Source of the DNA: an uncultured Actinomycetes bacterium
Lineage (GTDB): Bacteria > Actinomycetota > Coriobacteriia > Anaerosomatales > PHET01
Direction of reading: 5' to 3'
DNA: 64,000 nt
Assembly: GCA_963700665.1 (NCBI GenBank)
Contig: CAVOYK010000001.1
Location: 542,958-606,957 of the forward strand
Every line of letters begins with the position of its first letter. The stretch's first letter is position 1. The position numbers were made by a program, and so were the translations under genes. This document shows, piece by piece, positions 20,906-31,407 of this stretch. Under the pieces are notes generated by a model. That model was not told the origin of the DNA. It ran no database searches and saw only the letters and a list, made by a program, of their open reading frames with translations.

Positions 20906-23064
20906 CGTTGAGTCTCCTCGTTCGTGCGCGCGCCGACCGCACTTGGCAGCGCCGACTCAGCCGCAACATGGCGCGTGCCATCCGCATCCGCGACGATGTG
21001 CGCGCTGCTCGTGGCAGCGCCCGGCCCGCTGTCCAGACCGGTTGCTCGCGAACCCTCTCCGGATCGGACCATCTGATCTCGATCGAAACGCGTCAGGTCT
21101 CTGCTGAAGAACGACAGCTCGTACTGCCCCGTGTGCTGAAGCGCACCCGTCGGGCACTGCTCCGCACACAGCCCGCAGTAGCAGCACTTCGACAGGTCGA
21201 GGTCGTAGCGGGCAACGCTGCGCGCGCCGGGGTCGTCGATGCGATCGACCAGGATGGCGTAGTCAGGACACGTCCGAGCGCAGAACTGGCAGCCGACGCA
21301 GACTCCGGACTCGCAGCGCAGACAGCGCGCGGCCTCGCTGAGCGCCTCAACGCGCGTGAATCCGAGCTCGACTTGGCGGAAGTCTCGGCAGCGTTCTTCG
21401 CCCGGCGCCATCGGCATCGTGACACGTCGGCGCGACGACTCGACGCCCTGCAGGTGGGCCTCGTTCGTATCGCGGATAGATCGGCACCGGTCGGTAGGCT
21501 CGGCCCTCACCGAGGTCGCGACCGCTGATGAAGCGGTGTATCGACTCCGCCGCCTCGTGCCCGCTTGCGATCGATGCGATACACGAGCCGGGCCCGGTCA
21601 CGACCTCGCCGCACGCAAAGACGCCCTCGACATGCGTGGTCATGAAGGTGCCGTCGACGGGCAGCAGGCCCCGCTCGGTCAAGATGAGATCCGACCCGCC
21701 GACCATGTCTTTGAGATCGGGTGCCTGCCCGATCGAGAACACGATCACGTCACACGACAGATCGGTGTACTCATCGGCGAACTGGGAGCGAAGCGTCCCT
21801 GTGCGTCGAAGACGGACAGACAGCTCTGCAAGCGCATGCCGACGACACGACCGTCTTGCTCGAGTACGTGGTGGGGTCCGTACGAGCACATCGCCGTGAC
21901 GCCTTCGTCGAGCGCCTCTTCGATCTCCCACGGGTGCGCCGGCAGCTCGTCCATCGACTCGAGAGACGAGAGAGTGACCTCGCTCGCACCGCAACGCAGG
22001 GCGACCCGCGCGCAGTCGACGGCCACGTTGCCGCCGCCGATGACCAAGCACCCTCTTGCCCTTGACGCCGGCGTCGCCCTTCCAGTTGCCCGCACGCAGG
22101 AACTCCAGAGCCCCGATCACACCCTCGGCATCGATGCCCGGAAGAGGAAGCATCCTGCTGACCTGCAGGCCTGCTGCGATCAGCACCGCCTCGTACTCGC
22201 CGACAAGGTGGTCGATCGGCACGTCCTCACCGATCTTGACGCCGGTGAACAGCTTCATGCCCATGGTCTGCAGGTCGTCGATCTCCTGGGCCAGAACGTC
22301 GCGCGGCAGCCGGTACGAGGGCACGCCCGAGAGCAAGGCGCCCCCCGGAGCATGGTCCTTCTCGTAGACGTGGACCTCGTACCCGAGCTTCATCAGATCG
22401 TGGGCCGCCGACAGTCCGCTGGGCCCGCTGCCGATGATCGCGATCCGCTCATCGCGCGTGACCGGGAGTGGCACGACGCGCGACTCCCTGAACTCGGCGT
22501 AGCGTTCGTAGGCGACCCGATGCAGCGGCCGGATGGCGATCGGCTCGTCGTAGTAGTTCCGCTTGCACGCCTGCTCGCACGGATGATGGCAGATCCTGCC
22601 AAGCACGCCGGGCATGACGTTGCGGTCTCGAACGAGCTCGTAGGCGTCGGCCGGATCGTCGTCGGCCAGGAAGTACGACTGTCCACGCGCGTCGACGTTG
22701 GCAGGACAGTTCCCGACACACGGCGGCAAGCCCTCGGCATCGTGAAGCTGCTCGATGAAGCCGTTGTACTCCGAGGAGGGCGCGGTGATGACGTCGATGG
22801 CGTCCCGCCCGAGAATCCCTGTGAGCCGCAGTGCGCCTCTCCAGCGCGGCGAAAGGGTGAGCTTCTCGAAGGGGTAGCGGAGCGTCTCTGGCTTCTCGGC
22901 GGCCCTTCGAGCGGTGATCCTCAGCCCGTGATCAGGCTGGACCACCTCTCGACGAAGCCCTTCACACCCGGGCTGAAGTCGTTGGAGACCGACACCTTGA
23001 GCGGTACGCTCTGCGGCGTGCGGTCTGGGGCGTTCACGTCGGGGCGTGCGGGCTCTAGAGCCAC
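20902..23064 (-). CDS. nuoI: NuoI with an inserted GltD/NfnB-like FAD/NAD(P)H Fe-S oxidoreductase (about 720 aa once indels near 22925, 22050, 21785 and 21460 are repaired)
   Basis: NuoI N-terminus (TLRYPFEKLTLSPRWRG), then PPCVGNCP / GRICHHPCEQAC / GSGPSG / GGGNVAVD / EAARCLRC, then the NuoI 2x[4Fe-4S] domain CVGCQFCARTCP...CCYCGLCAEQCP...YEL. Lies between nuoH and nuoJ. Confidence 0.88.
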
Positions 23065-24006
23065 GGCAGCACCACCCCCACCATGACGAGCTGCACGAGC
23101 GCCATCGGCGTGAGGACCTTCCACGCCAGGCCCATGAGCTGGTCCGGACGCATGCGCGGGAAGGTCCACTTCACCCAGATCATCGCCGTGGCGATCGCAA
23201 CGGCGATACCAACAAACACGATGCCTGCGAGCGGCTCGGGAAGGCCAAGACCCCCGCCAAAGAAGACGGCCGCGCCAAAGAGCGAGGCAGCGACGATGCC
23301 GCCGTACTCCGACCATCATGAAGATCGCCCAGCGGATGCCCGAGTAGTCGGCGAAGTAGCCGGCGACGAGTTCGGACTCGGCCTCAGGCAGGTCGAACGG
23401 ACCGCGATTGACCTCGGCGATCGAGGAGATGAAGTAGACGACGAAGCCCAGGGCCGTCAACGGGATCCACCACAATCGCCACTCGGCCCGGATCGTGCCG
23501 GCAGACAGCGACCCCGCCAGAAGACACAGCGCGAGAACCGATAGCGTGCGCGGCAGCTCGTAGGAGATCATCTGGGCAGCCGCCCTCACCCCGCCGATGC
23601 TCGCGTAGGTGTTTTGCGACGACCATCCGGCAAGCAGGATGCCGAGAACGCTCAGCCCCGGGACCGCCAGGAAGAACAGTGCGCCGGTCGAGATGTCGAG
23701 CGGCGCCCACCCGGAGGCGTACGGGATGACCACCAGGGCGCTCGCGATGGGCACGAAGACCAGAAACGGCATGGCGCGAAAGACCGCACGTCGGCCTGCG
23801 CCGGGGTGATGTCCTCCTTGAGCACCAGCTTCACCGTGTCGGCGAGCGTCTGCAGCAGTCCGGACGGGCCGGCCTCTTGCGGGCCGTAGCGCAGCTGGAT
23901 GCGCCCGGCGACCTTGCGCTCCCACCACACGCCGATGAGCGCGGCGATGCGCGATCAACAACGCCGCAGCCAGGCCCCAGGCGGCGCCCTGAAGCATCGA
24001 GCTCAT
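23055..24006 (-). CDS. nuoH: NADH-quinone oxidoreductase subunit H (frameshifted in assembly)
   Basis: [37 protein letters not shown] and [16 protein letters not shown]. Confidence 0.93.
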
Positions 24007-25153
24007 CGGTCCACCTCCCCGAAGACGGGGTCGAGTGAGCCGAGGACGACGACCAGGTCGGAGAGTGTGTGCCCGACGGCGAGCTTGGGCAGCAGGGCGA
24101 GGTTGCAGAACGCGGGGCTGCGGACGTGCATGCGGTACGGCCGCGGCGAGCCGTCGCTGACGAGGTAGACGCCCAACGAGCCGCGAGCGCTCTCGATGTG
24201 GTCGTAGGCCTCCCCCGGCCGGTGGCGTGATCAGACGCGGTATTCCGTCGGTCAGGACCACGCCGCCCGGCATCTGGGCGATGGCCTGCTCGATGATGCG
24301 CGCTGACTCGTAGCACTCGAAGAGGCGGCATCGGCCGCGATCGTACGCATCGCCGTTGTCGCCCACGACCACGTCGAAGTCCATGCGCGGATAGACCGAG
24401 TACGGATCGTGCTTGCGCAGGTCCCAGTTCACGCCCGAACCGCGCGCGGTGGGGCCTGAAGCACCCCACGCCACCGCGTCCTCGGCGCTCAGCACCCCGA
24501 TGCCCTTCATGCGACCGCGGGCGATCATGTTGCCGAAGAACAGGTCGTCCATCTCGTGCCAGCTTCGCGCCGAGACCCGTCACGAACGCGAGGACGTCGT
24601 CGGTCCAGCCCTCAGGCGCGTCGAACGCCACTCCGCCCGGCCGCACGTAGTTGTACGTCAGGCGGGCACCGCACAGCGCCTCGAAGAGCTCGACGATGCG
24701 CTCGCGCACGTCGAACGCGTAGACGAACATGGTGGTCGCGCCGGTGTCGGCCGCCGATGCGCCCGATGCCCATCATGTGACTCGCGATGCGCTGCAGCTC
24801 GCACACGATGACGCGCAGATACTCGGCGCGCTCGGGCACCCGGTATGCCCGACGAGCCGCTCCACCGCTCGGCAGTACGCCCAGTTCGCGTACATGGAAC
24901 CCACGTAGTCGAGACGGTCTGTCAGCGGCACGACCTGCAGGTAGGTGCGGTTCTCGGCCATCTTCTCGATGCCGCGGTGAAGATAGCCGACGACCATGTC
25001 CGCCCGCACGACGACGTCGCCATCGAGGTGCACGACGACTCGGCCAACACCGTGAGTCGAGGGGTGGGACGGACCGACGTTGACGACGAGCTCCTCGACG
25101 GGGGTGCCATCGGCCGACGCCACTAGCGAGCGAGACTGTATTTCGACGGGCAT
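24003..25153 (-). CDS. nuoD: NADH-quinone oxidoreductase subunit D (frameshifted in assembly)
   Basis: [41 protein letters not shown]; ends GEVDR. No NiFe CxxC motifs seen. Confidence 0.93.
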
Positions 25154-25170
25154 CGGCGACACACCCCCTC

Positions 25171-25632
25171 TCAGATGTAGTCCGGCCGGCGGATCATTCG
25201 CGGGTCGTCGTAGTCGCGCCGCAGCGGGTGTCCGACGAAGTCTTCGGGCAGGAAGATGCGACGCAGGTCGGGATGGCCCTCGAACACGATTCCGAACAGG
25301 TCGAAGATCTCGCGCTCTTGCCAGTTGGCCGCCGGCCACACGCCATAGACACTGGCGACCCGCGGGTCGTCTCGCGGGACTTTCGCCTTCATGAACACGG
25401 CCGCGGAGAGCGCCCGTGACTCGATGCGATAAACGAGGACGAACCACTCTCCCCGGTCGACCGCCGTCACCATGTCGAGCCGATCGAACCCGATGGCGGC
25501 GAACTCGGTGGCGACGTCAAGCACACTGTCACGCTCAACCTGGGCGACCACGTCGCCGAACTCCACCGAGAACAGCGGCCCCAGGACGGGCGAGGCATCG
25601 GCGAGTCTGTCTATGAGCGCCTGCGCGTTCAC
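25171..25632 (-). CDS. nuoC: NADH-quinone oxidoreductase subunit C
   Basis: [28 protein letters not shown]...GHPLRRDY. Confidence 0.95.
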   Translation of the reverse strand: MNAQALIDRLADASPVLGPLFSVEFGDVVAQVERDSVLDVATEFAAIGFDRLDMVTAVDRGEWFVLVYRIESRALSAAVFMKAKVPRDDPRVASVYGVWPAANWQEREIFDLFGIVFEGHPDLRRIFLPEDFVGHPLRRDYDDPRMIRRPDYI

Positions 25633-26240
25633 TCCGGCTCACCCTCCCGCGCCGCTGCGGACGACTCGGGAGGACACGGGTCGGTGCCGCGGTAGGTCGC
25701 CGACTCCGGACGCGGCAAGGTGAGCTCGCGCTCTCGCCGCTTCCCGGGAGCGATCGACTCCGTGTGAACGAGCTCCCGAAGCTGCAGGACGCCGTCTTGC
25801 AGGGATTCGGGTCGCGGCGGACACCCGGAGATGTAGACGTCGACCGGAAGGAACTCGTCGGCGCCTCGCACGACCGAGTAGGTGTCGTAGTAGAAGATGC
25901 CGCCACTCACGGTGCAGTTGCCCATGGCGATGACCCACTTGGGATCGGGCATCTGGTCGTAGAGCAGCCGCACCGACGGCTTCATCTTGTCGGTGATGGT
26001 GCCGGCGAGGATCATGACGTCGGTGTGCCGCGGGTCCGGCCGCGGAAACGTGCCGAGGCGATCGAAGTCGAACTTGGAGAAGGACGCGGCGATGAGCTCC
26101 ATCGCGCAGCACGCCGTACCCATCGGAAACGCCCACAGCGACTGCCCGCGCGACCAGTCGGCAAGCGCGTCTACGCTCGTCAGAATGATCCCGCCCGGAC
26201 CGGTGGCCAAGGCGCTGCCGATACGGTCTACTAGCGCCAT
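25629..26240 (-). CDS. nuoB: NADH-quinone oxidoreductase subunit B
   Basis: [25 protein letters not shown] and [14 protein letters not shown]. Confidence 0.95.
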   Translation of the reverse strand: MALVDRIGSALATGPGGIILTSVDALADWSRGQSLWAFPMGTACCAMELIAASFSKFDFDRLGTFPRPDPRHTDVMILAGTITDKMKPSVRLLYDQMPDPKWVIAMGNCTVSGGIFYYDTYSVVRGADEFLPVDVYISGCPPRPESLQDGVLQLRELVHTESIAPGKRRERELTLPRPESATYRGTDPCPPESSAAAREGEPE

Positions 26241-26593
26241 TCGAGTGCCCCCTTCCGCCAGGCGTACGCGAGGCCGACGGCAAGGAACAGCACGAACAGT
26301 CCAACCTCCACGAGGGCCAGCAGGTTGCCGCGCAACCGAGTAGCCACGGCGAACAAGAGCACGGCTTCGGCGTCGAAGAGCACGAGGAGCATCGCCATGG
26401 TGGAGAACCGCATACGCTGCGCGGACCACGGCCTGCCAGCTTGATCGAGACCGCACTCGTAGGGCGAGTTCTTCGGCGCGTTGGGCGCGCGGGGCGACAG
26501 AACCGCATTCGCAAGGAACACGACGCCGATGAAGGCAGACGCCGAGACGGCGAGGCCGATCACGAACAGCAATGCTTGGGCAGAAGCCCCCAT
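26231..26593 (-). CDS. nuoA: NADH-quinone oxidoreductase subunit A
   Basis: KNSPYECG, LFDAE and [11 protein letters not shown]. Confidence 0.95.
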   Translation of the reverse strand: MGASAQALLFVIGLAVSASAFIGVVFLANAVLSPRAPNAPKNSPYECGLDQAGRPWSAQRMRFSTMAMLLVLFDAEAVLLFAVATRLRGNLLALVEVGLFVLFLAVGLAYAWRKGALEWR

Positions 26594-26703
26594 ACAGCCC
26601 CCTGGCTGCTGTCTTCTGAGCGAGCGTCCCCCGCTTCAGGCCGGCGAGACAGTCCGAAGGTCGCCGCCAGCGCAGACGCGTTGTCCCCAGGCGACTTCCA
26701 GAC

Positions 26704-26746
26704 AGTCTAGGATGACGCGAATACTTTGTAAACATTGTTACAAAGT
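26704..26746 (-). promoter_or_regulatory. nuo promoter with an overlapping palindromic operator (Rex-like)
   Basis: Minus strand TTTACA-N17-TAGACT; palindrome ACTTTGTAAACATTGTTACAAAGT (26723-26746) covers the -35. Confidence 0.65.
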
Positions 26747-26782
26747 GCCCCGAATACTGTTACAAACTCCTGCTCAGGGGGG

Positions 26783-28837
26783 TTACGACTCCGCGTCGCC
26801 CTCAAGCCGCTCGATCTCCTCGCACAGAGACAGCCACTCGGACTCGAGCTCGGGTAGTCGCTGCTTGATCGCGTTGTACTCTCCCATGGCCGCTTCAAAA
26901 CGGCCTTTGTCGGAGTACAGGTCCGGCTGTGCCATCTGCGCGACCAGCTCATCGTGACGAGCCTGAGCGTGCGCAATCTCCTGCTCGAGAGGCTTCAGGC
27001 GCGTACGCGCGGCCTTCGTCGCCCGATAAGCGCTGTTTCGGGCCTCTGCCTCTGCCCGCTTCTGATCCTTGGTCTTCGGCCCTGCCGCGGAGGAGTCCGG
27101 CGGCTGCGGGGCAACCTGCGCCCCCTCCGGAGTATGCACTCGCCGAGGAGTCCGTCCCGTGCGCTCCGACGAGCTGGACCCGGCTCTCGGTCGAGCCACG
27201 TTCGCGCTTGGCTGCGGCTCAACGGCGCTGGCTTGCTCGCGCTTCCACAGGTAGTAGTCGTAGTCTCCGTCGTAGACGGTGATGCGCCCATCGATCACCT
27301 CTACGACCTTGGTGGCGATCGCACGGATGAGGTGCCGGTCGTGGGTGATCAGCGCGATGGTGCCCTCGAACCGCTTCAGCGCCTGCTCCAGCACGTCGCT
27401 CGACGCGATATCCAGGTGGTTGGTCGGCTCGTCGAGACACAGGAACGGAGCGGGCTTCACCAGCATCTTGGCGAGCGCAAGACGTCCCTTCTCCCCTCCC
27501 GACAAGACCCGCACCTGCTTGTCGACGTCGTCACCATGGAACAGAAACGCGCCTAGAAGCCCGCGCACCTCCCCTTGCGTCCACCCGGGTGCCACGCCGT
27601 CTATCTCGCGAAAGACGGTGTTGTCGAGTCCGAGCGCCTGCAGCTGGTGCTGGGCGAAGTACGCGGTCTCAACGTGTGCGCCCAAGCGCCTCGCCCCGGA
27701 CTCGAAAGGCAGCACACCTGCCAGCAGCTTGAGCAGTGTGGACTTCCCTGCCCCGTTGGGTCCCACCAAGGCGACCTTGTCGCCGCGATACAGCGAGAAG
27801 TCCAGCCCGTCGTAGACCACGAGGTCGCCGTAGGACTTGGAGACATCCTCAAGCGCGATCACCAAGTCGCCCGTCCTGGCCGGCTGGGGGAACTTGAATC
27901 TGACGGTCTTGCGCTCCTCGGGAACCTCGACCATCTCGGCCTTGATCTTCTCGATGCGCCTGATGCGATCTTGGGCCGCCTTGGCCTTGGTGTTCTTGTA
28001 GCGGAACCTGTCGACGAACGCCTGCATGTGCTGGATCTCCTTGAGCTGTGCGTCATGTTTGATGCGCAGTTGTTCCAGCGACAACTCGCGAGCCTTTTCG
28101 TACGCGGCGTAGTTGCCGGTGTACAGGGTCACGCGCCGCTGGTCTATCTCGGCAACGCGGTCGACGATGCCATCCATAAACGCCCGGTCGTGGCTCACGA
28201 TGACGATCGCGCCGTCGTAGGCGCGCAAGAAACCTTCGAGCCACGTCACGCTCTCGAGATCGAGATGGTTTGTGGGCTCGTCGAGCAGGAGCACATCGGG
28301 GCGCATGAGCAGGAGTTTCGCCAGCGCAAGCCTCATCTGCCAGCCACCGGAGAACTCGTCGGCGTCGCGCTCGAAGTCGGACTCCTTGAAGCCGAGACCG
28401 CCGAGAACGGCGCGCGCCTCTGCTTCGACCGTGTAACCGCCCATCGTCTCGAAGCGCTCACGGATGCGACCGTACTCTGCGAGCAGTGGAGCGTGGTCGA
28501 GCTCGTCGGCCTCAGCGATCTGCTCCTCCAGCAGGTGCAGGCGGTGCTGCATGGAGGTCACGTGCTCGGCGGCGGTCAGCGCCTCGGCCAGCACGCTTCG
28601 ACCACCCATCTCGATCGCTTCTTGTTCCAGGTAGCCGACGACCGCATCCTTGGCGAACGACACCGTGCCTTCGTCCGGGTACTGGCGCTGAGCGACGATC
28701 TCGAGCAGCGTCGTCTTGCCCGAACCATTGGGTCCGACAAGCGCCAGCCTATCGCGCGCGCCGACACGCAGCGACACGCCCTCGAACAGGACGCGGTCGC
28801 CGAAGGTCTTTGTCACGTTGTCCAGGGAGAGGATCAC
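26783..28837 (-). CDS. ABC-F family ribosome-associated ATPase
   Basis: Two NBDs ([21 protein letters not shown] and [21 protein letters not shown]), no TM segments, Uup-like coiled-coil tail. Confidence 0.95.
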   Translation of the reverse strand: MILSLDNVTKTFGDRVLFEGVSLRVGARDRLALVGPNGSGKTTLLEIVAQRQYPDEGTVSFAKDAVVGYLEQEAIEMGGRSVLAEALTAAEHVTSMQHRLHLLEEQIAEADELDHAPLLAEYGRIRERFETMGGYTVEAEARAVLGGLGFKESDFERDADEFSGGWQMRLALAKLLLMRPDVLLLDEPTNHLDLESVTWLEGFLRAYDGAIVIVSHDRAFMDGIVDRVAEIDQRRVTLYTGNYAAYEKARELSLEQLRIKHDAQLKEIQHMQAFVDRFRYKNTKAKAAQDRIRRIEKIKAEMVEVPEERKTVRFKFPQPARTGDLVIALEDVSKSYGDLVVYDGLDFSLYRGDKVALVGPNGAGKSTLLKLLAGVLPFESGARRLGAHVETAYFAQHQLQALGLDNTVFREIDGVAPGWTQGEVRGLLGAFLFHGDDVDKQVRVLSGGEKGRLALAKMLVKPAPFLCLDEPTNHLDIASSDVLEQALKRFEGTIALITHDRHLIRAIATKVVEVIDGRITVYDGDYDYYLWKREQASAVEPQPSANVARPRAGSSSSERTGRTPRRVHTPEGAQVAPQPPDSSAAGPKTKDQKRAEAEARNSAYRATKAARTRLKPLEQEIAHAQARHDELVAQMAQPDLYSDKGRFEAAMGEYNAIKQRLPELESEWLSLCEEIERLEGDAES

Positions 28838-28907
28838 AGCGGTTCAGCATAGCACCGAGACGGGCATCTTCTTCACCGAAGATACCCTGCGACGCGAGGG
28901 GACACGA

Positions 28908-30260
28908 ATGGGCACAAAGGGCACGGTGGTCGTGATCGGTGCCGGCGCGAGTGGCAACGCGTGCGCTCGCTATCTCGCCCGACGTGACTGGCGCGTAGTC
29001 CAAGTCGAGCGAGACCGGTGGGGCGGAACGTGCTTGTGGCGAGGCTGCATCCCCAAGAAGGCCCTCTACCATTGCGCCGAGGTAGCTCGCGGTGCGAGGG
29101 ATGCTGACCGGTTCGGCGTCGTCATCAAGGACGCGTCGATAGACTGGCAGTCGGTGCTGGCGTGGAAGTGGCACTGCCAGGAGACCTATGCCGGCGACCA
29201 GGAGGGGCTGGCTAGGGGCTTCGGGATCGAAGTAGTCCATGGCGAAGCCCGCCTCGTCTCTCCCGACGCTGTGGCCGTGGGTGACCAGGTCTTCTCGGCA
29301 GATCACATCGTGATCGCGACCGGCTCAGAGCCCGTGATGCCGCCCATCACCGGAGTGGAGCTGGCCGATACGTCCGAGGACGCCTTGCGCTACACGGAGA
29401 TACCAGAGTCCCTCGCAATCGTGGGTGGCGGCTTCATCGCGATGGAGATGGCGGGGATATACGCTTCGTTCGGCACCCGTGTCACCGTTGTGACGAAGCC
29501 AGACACCGTACTCGAGATGCTCGATCCCGAGCTTGCAGAGACGGCAGTGCGCTGCCTTGGCGAGCTTGGCGTCCGCTTCCTGACCGGCTGCACCGTGCAG
29601 GCGATCGAGGGCGCACCGGGATCGCTCGCAGTACGCGGATCGGACGCCTCGCATGCCGACGTGACCGTGGAAGCCGCTCGGGTGATTCTGGCCGTGGGGC
29701 GTACGCCGTGCATCTGCGGTATCGAGGCGGAGGCAGGCGGCGTGGGCACTGATGCCCACGGACGCGTCGTGGTCGACGAGTACCTCAGGACCACCAACCC
29801 ACAGGTCTGGGCGGTCGGCGACGCCGCCGGTGGGATGATGCAGACCCCTGTTGCGAATCTCGAAGGTCGGACGGTGGGACAGTCCATCGACGAGGGCGTC
29901 CCGTTGCACGCGGACTGCTCGGCGATGCCCATCACCTGCTTCACGGTGCCTCAGCTGGCGAGCGTCGGGCACACCGAAGCGTCCGCTCGGGAGGCCGGGC
30001 TCGATCCCAAGGTGGTCCGAATCAGCCTCGACGGCGTCGGTGCTCCGATCATCGAAGGCGCCACCGACGGCTTCCTCAAGCTGGTGATCGACGCACCTTC
30101 GGACAAGGTGGTCGGCGCTCAAGTGGCCAGCTGCACCGCGAGCGACATCATCTACGCGGTGACCGTCGGCATGCGCACCGGTCTGACCGCCGAGCAGCTC
30201 GGCAAGGCGGTCGCGGTACATCCCTCGCACGCCGAGATGCTGTACTACGCGGGGGGCTAG
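28908..30260 (+). CDS. Class I pyridine nucleotide-disulfide oxidoreductase (Lpd/glutathione reductase-like)
   Basis: GAGASG, GGTCLWRGCIPKK redox disulfide, GGGFIAME, WAVGD; C-terminal HPSHAE. Confidence 0.9.
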   Translation: MGTKGTVVVIGAGASGNACARYLARRDWRVVQVERDRWGGTCLWRGCIPKKALYHCAEVARGARDADRFGVVIKDASIDWQSVLAWKWHCQETYAGDQEGLARGFGIEVVHGEARLVSPDAVAVGDQVFSADHIVIATGSEPVMPPITGVELADTSEDALRYTEIPESLAIVGGGFIAMEMAGIYASFGTRVTVVTKPDTVLEMLDPELAETAVRCLGELGVRFLTGCTVQAIEGAPGSLAVRGSDASHADVTVEAARVILAVGRTPCICGIEAEAGGVGTDAHGRVVVDEYLRTTNPQVWAVGDAAGGMMQTPVANLEGRTVGQSIDEGVPLHADCSAMPITCFTVPQLASVGHTEASAREAGLDPKVVRISLDGVGAPIIEGATDGFLKLVIDAPSDKVVGAQVASCTASDIIYAVTVGMRTGLTAEQLGKAVAVHPSHAEMLYYAGG

Positions 30261-30320
30261 ACACTCGGCCCTCCACGCCGGGACGGTCCGGCCGCGGAAG
30301 CAAGACGCACCCCCGTTCCA

Positions 30321-30785
30321 TCAGCGGTCGCTCGTGTCCGCCTCATCAGAGGCCATGAGACGCAGCTTGTAGGCGAACAGGCAGCGCTTCGTGAGTACGT
30401 AGGCCCCTGTCTCGCCTGTCTCGAGCGAGAGGGCCTTGCAGATCTCGGGCTTCTCGTCGGGGTGAAGCGAACAGAGTCGATCCTCCTGCAACGCACTGCA
30501 CGGCATGGACACGTGAAGGTGGTTCGCCGAGAACTCGCAGCATCCCACCGGCACCGCTACTTCGTCAGCGCCCACCCGAGCCCCGTGCAGTTCGTAGTAG
30601 CGCTTCGAGTCCTCAGACAGTCGGACGTGGATGCGCACCTCGTGCTCGTCCCGGTCCACCCAACTCTGAGGGTTGAGGCGGAAGTTGAAGCCCCCGCAAC
30701 ACTCGGCCTCGCAGTACTCGAGCCAGCAGATGCAATCGTCGCACGATCGCGCCGCTTCGAGCAGCGCTCGTTCGTCAGGCTTCAT
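30321..30785 (-). CDS. Cys-rich protein, YkgJ/CxxCxxCC-like
   Basis: C..C....C...CC N-terminus and PC..L....C..H...KP..C C-terminus. Confidence 0.7.
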   Translation of the reverse strand: MKPDERALLEAARSCDDCICWLEYCEAECCGGFNFRLNPQSWVDRDEHEVRIHVRLSEDSKRYYELHGARVGADEVAVPVGCCEFSANHLHVSMPCSALQEDRLCSLHPDEKPEICKALSLETGETGAYVLTKRCLFAYKLRLMASDEADTSDR

Positions 30786-30911
30786 GTAGCTTCCTCGTCG
30801 AACGGAACGTGGTGATGCCTCCAGCAATCAACCACAACGATGCGCGAAAGACCCCGCAGATGTGTCAGAGCCCAAGCCTGTTGTGATGCAGGCAGACGCG
30901 TAGGCGGTCCC

Positions 30912-30950
30912 AACGAAAAGGACTCGCGCAATGCACGAGTCCCTTTCGTT
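30912..30950 (-). terminator. Intrinsic terminator after the micro-cytochrome gene
   Basis: Inverted repeat AACGAAAAGGACTCGCG-CAATG-CACGAGTCCCTTTCGTT, with a U-run on the minus strand. Confidence 0.75.
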
Positions 30951-30964
30951 CACCACGTGCGCCG

Positions 30965-31174
30965 CTAGTGGCAACCCACGCAGGCGCTGAATCCCGGATC
31001 CATGTGGCACCGCGCGCAAACGCTGTGGACGTTCGCCTTCATCGCCGCGGGTGCTTTGTGCAGACCCGGTGGGGCTGCGCCATTCCCTTTTGCAGCGCTA
31101 GCGATCGTCGGCAGGATTAGCAGCGCGACCATGAGGATCAGTACTAGAAGTACCAACAGTGCTCTGCGCCTCAT
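30965..31174 (-). CDS. Very small secreted diheme c-type cytochrome (69 aa)
   Basis: Sec signal (MRRR + hydrophobic core + ASA), CARCH and C-terminal CVGCH, SD GGAGGAGG, own terminator. Confidence 0.8.
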   Translation of the reverse strand: MRRRALLVLLVLILMVALLILPTIASAAKGNGAAPPGLHKAPAAMKANVHSVCARCHMDPGFSACVGCH

Positions 31175-31407
31175 ACCAGCCTCCTCCCTCGAACCGAACA
31201 GTACCCCTATGTCATACCCTCATTACTCGTGAATCTGTCGGCCAAGAGCAGTCGTCGGCAAGGCCCCGTCTGTGCGTTGTCAGGCTCGCGATTCCCTCGT
31301 CCGCTTGTTGCCATTCATATGCTCACAACGAGACAGTGTTCCGCGATATCGTTGAGGAGTACTGTAGACTGCCGCCACAGAACGAACCAACGGAGACTGG
31401 ACGTTGT

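Noticed and set aside
22921-22923. In-frame TGA in the nuoI fusion as selenocysteine
   Set aside because: Homology continues in a different frame (GLRIT), consistent with one missing base.
24003-26240. Group 4 NiFe hydrogenase instead of complex I
   Set aside because: The large subunit lacks the Ni-binding CxxC motifs and has the NuoD HPSTHG, RLDY and GEVDR signatures.
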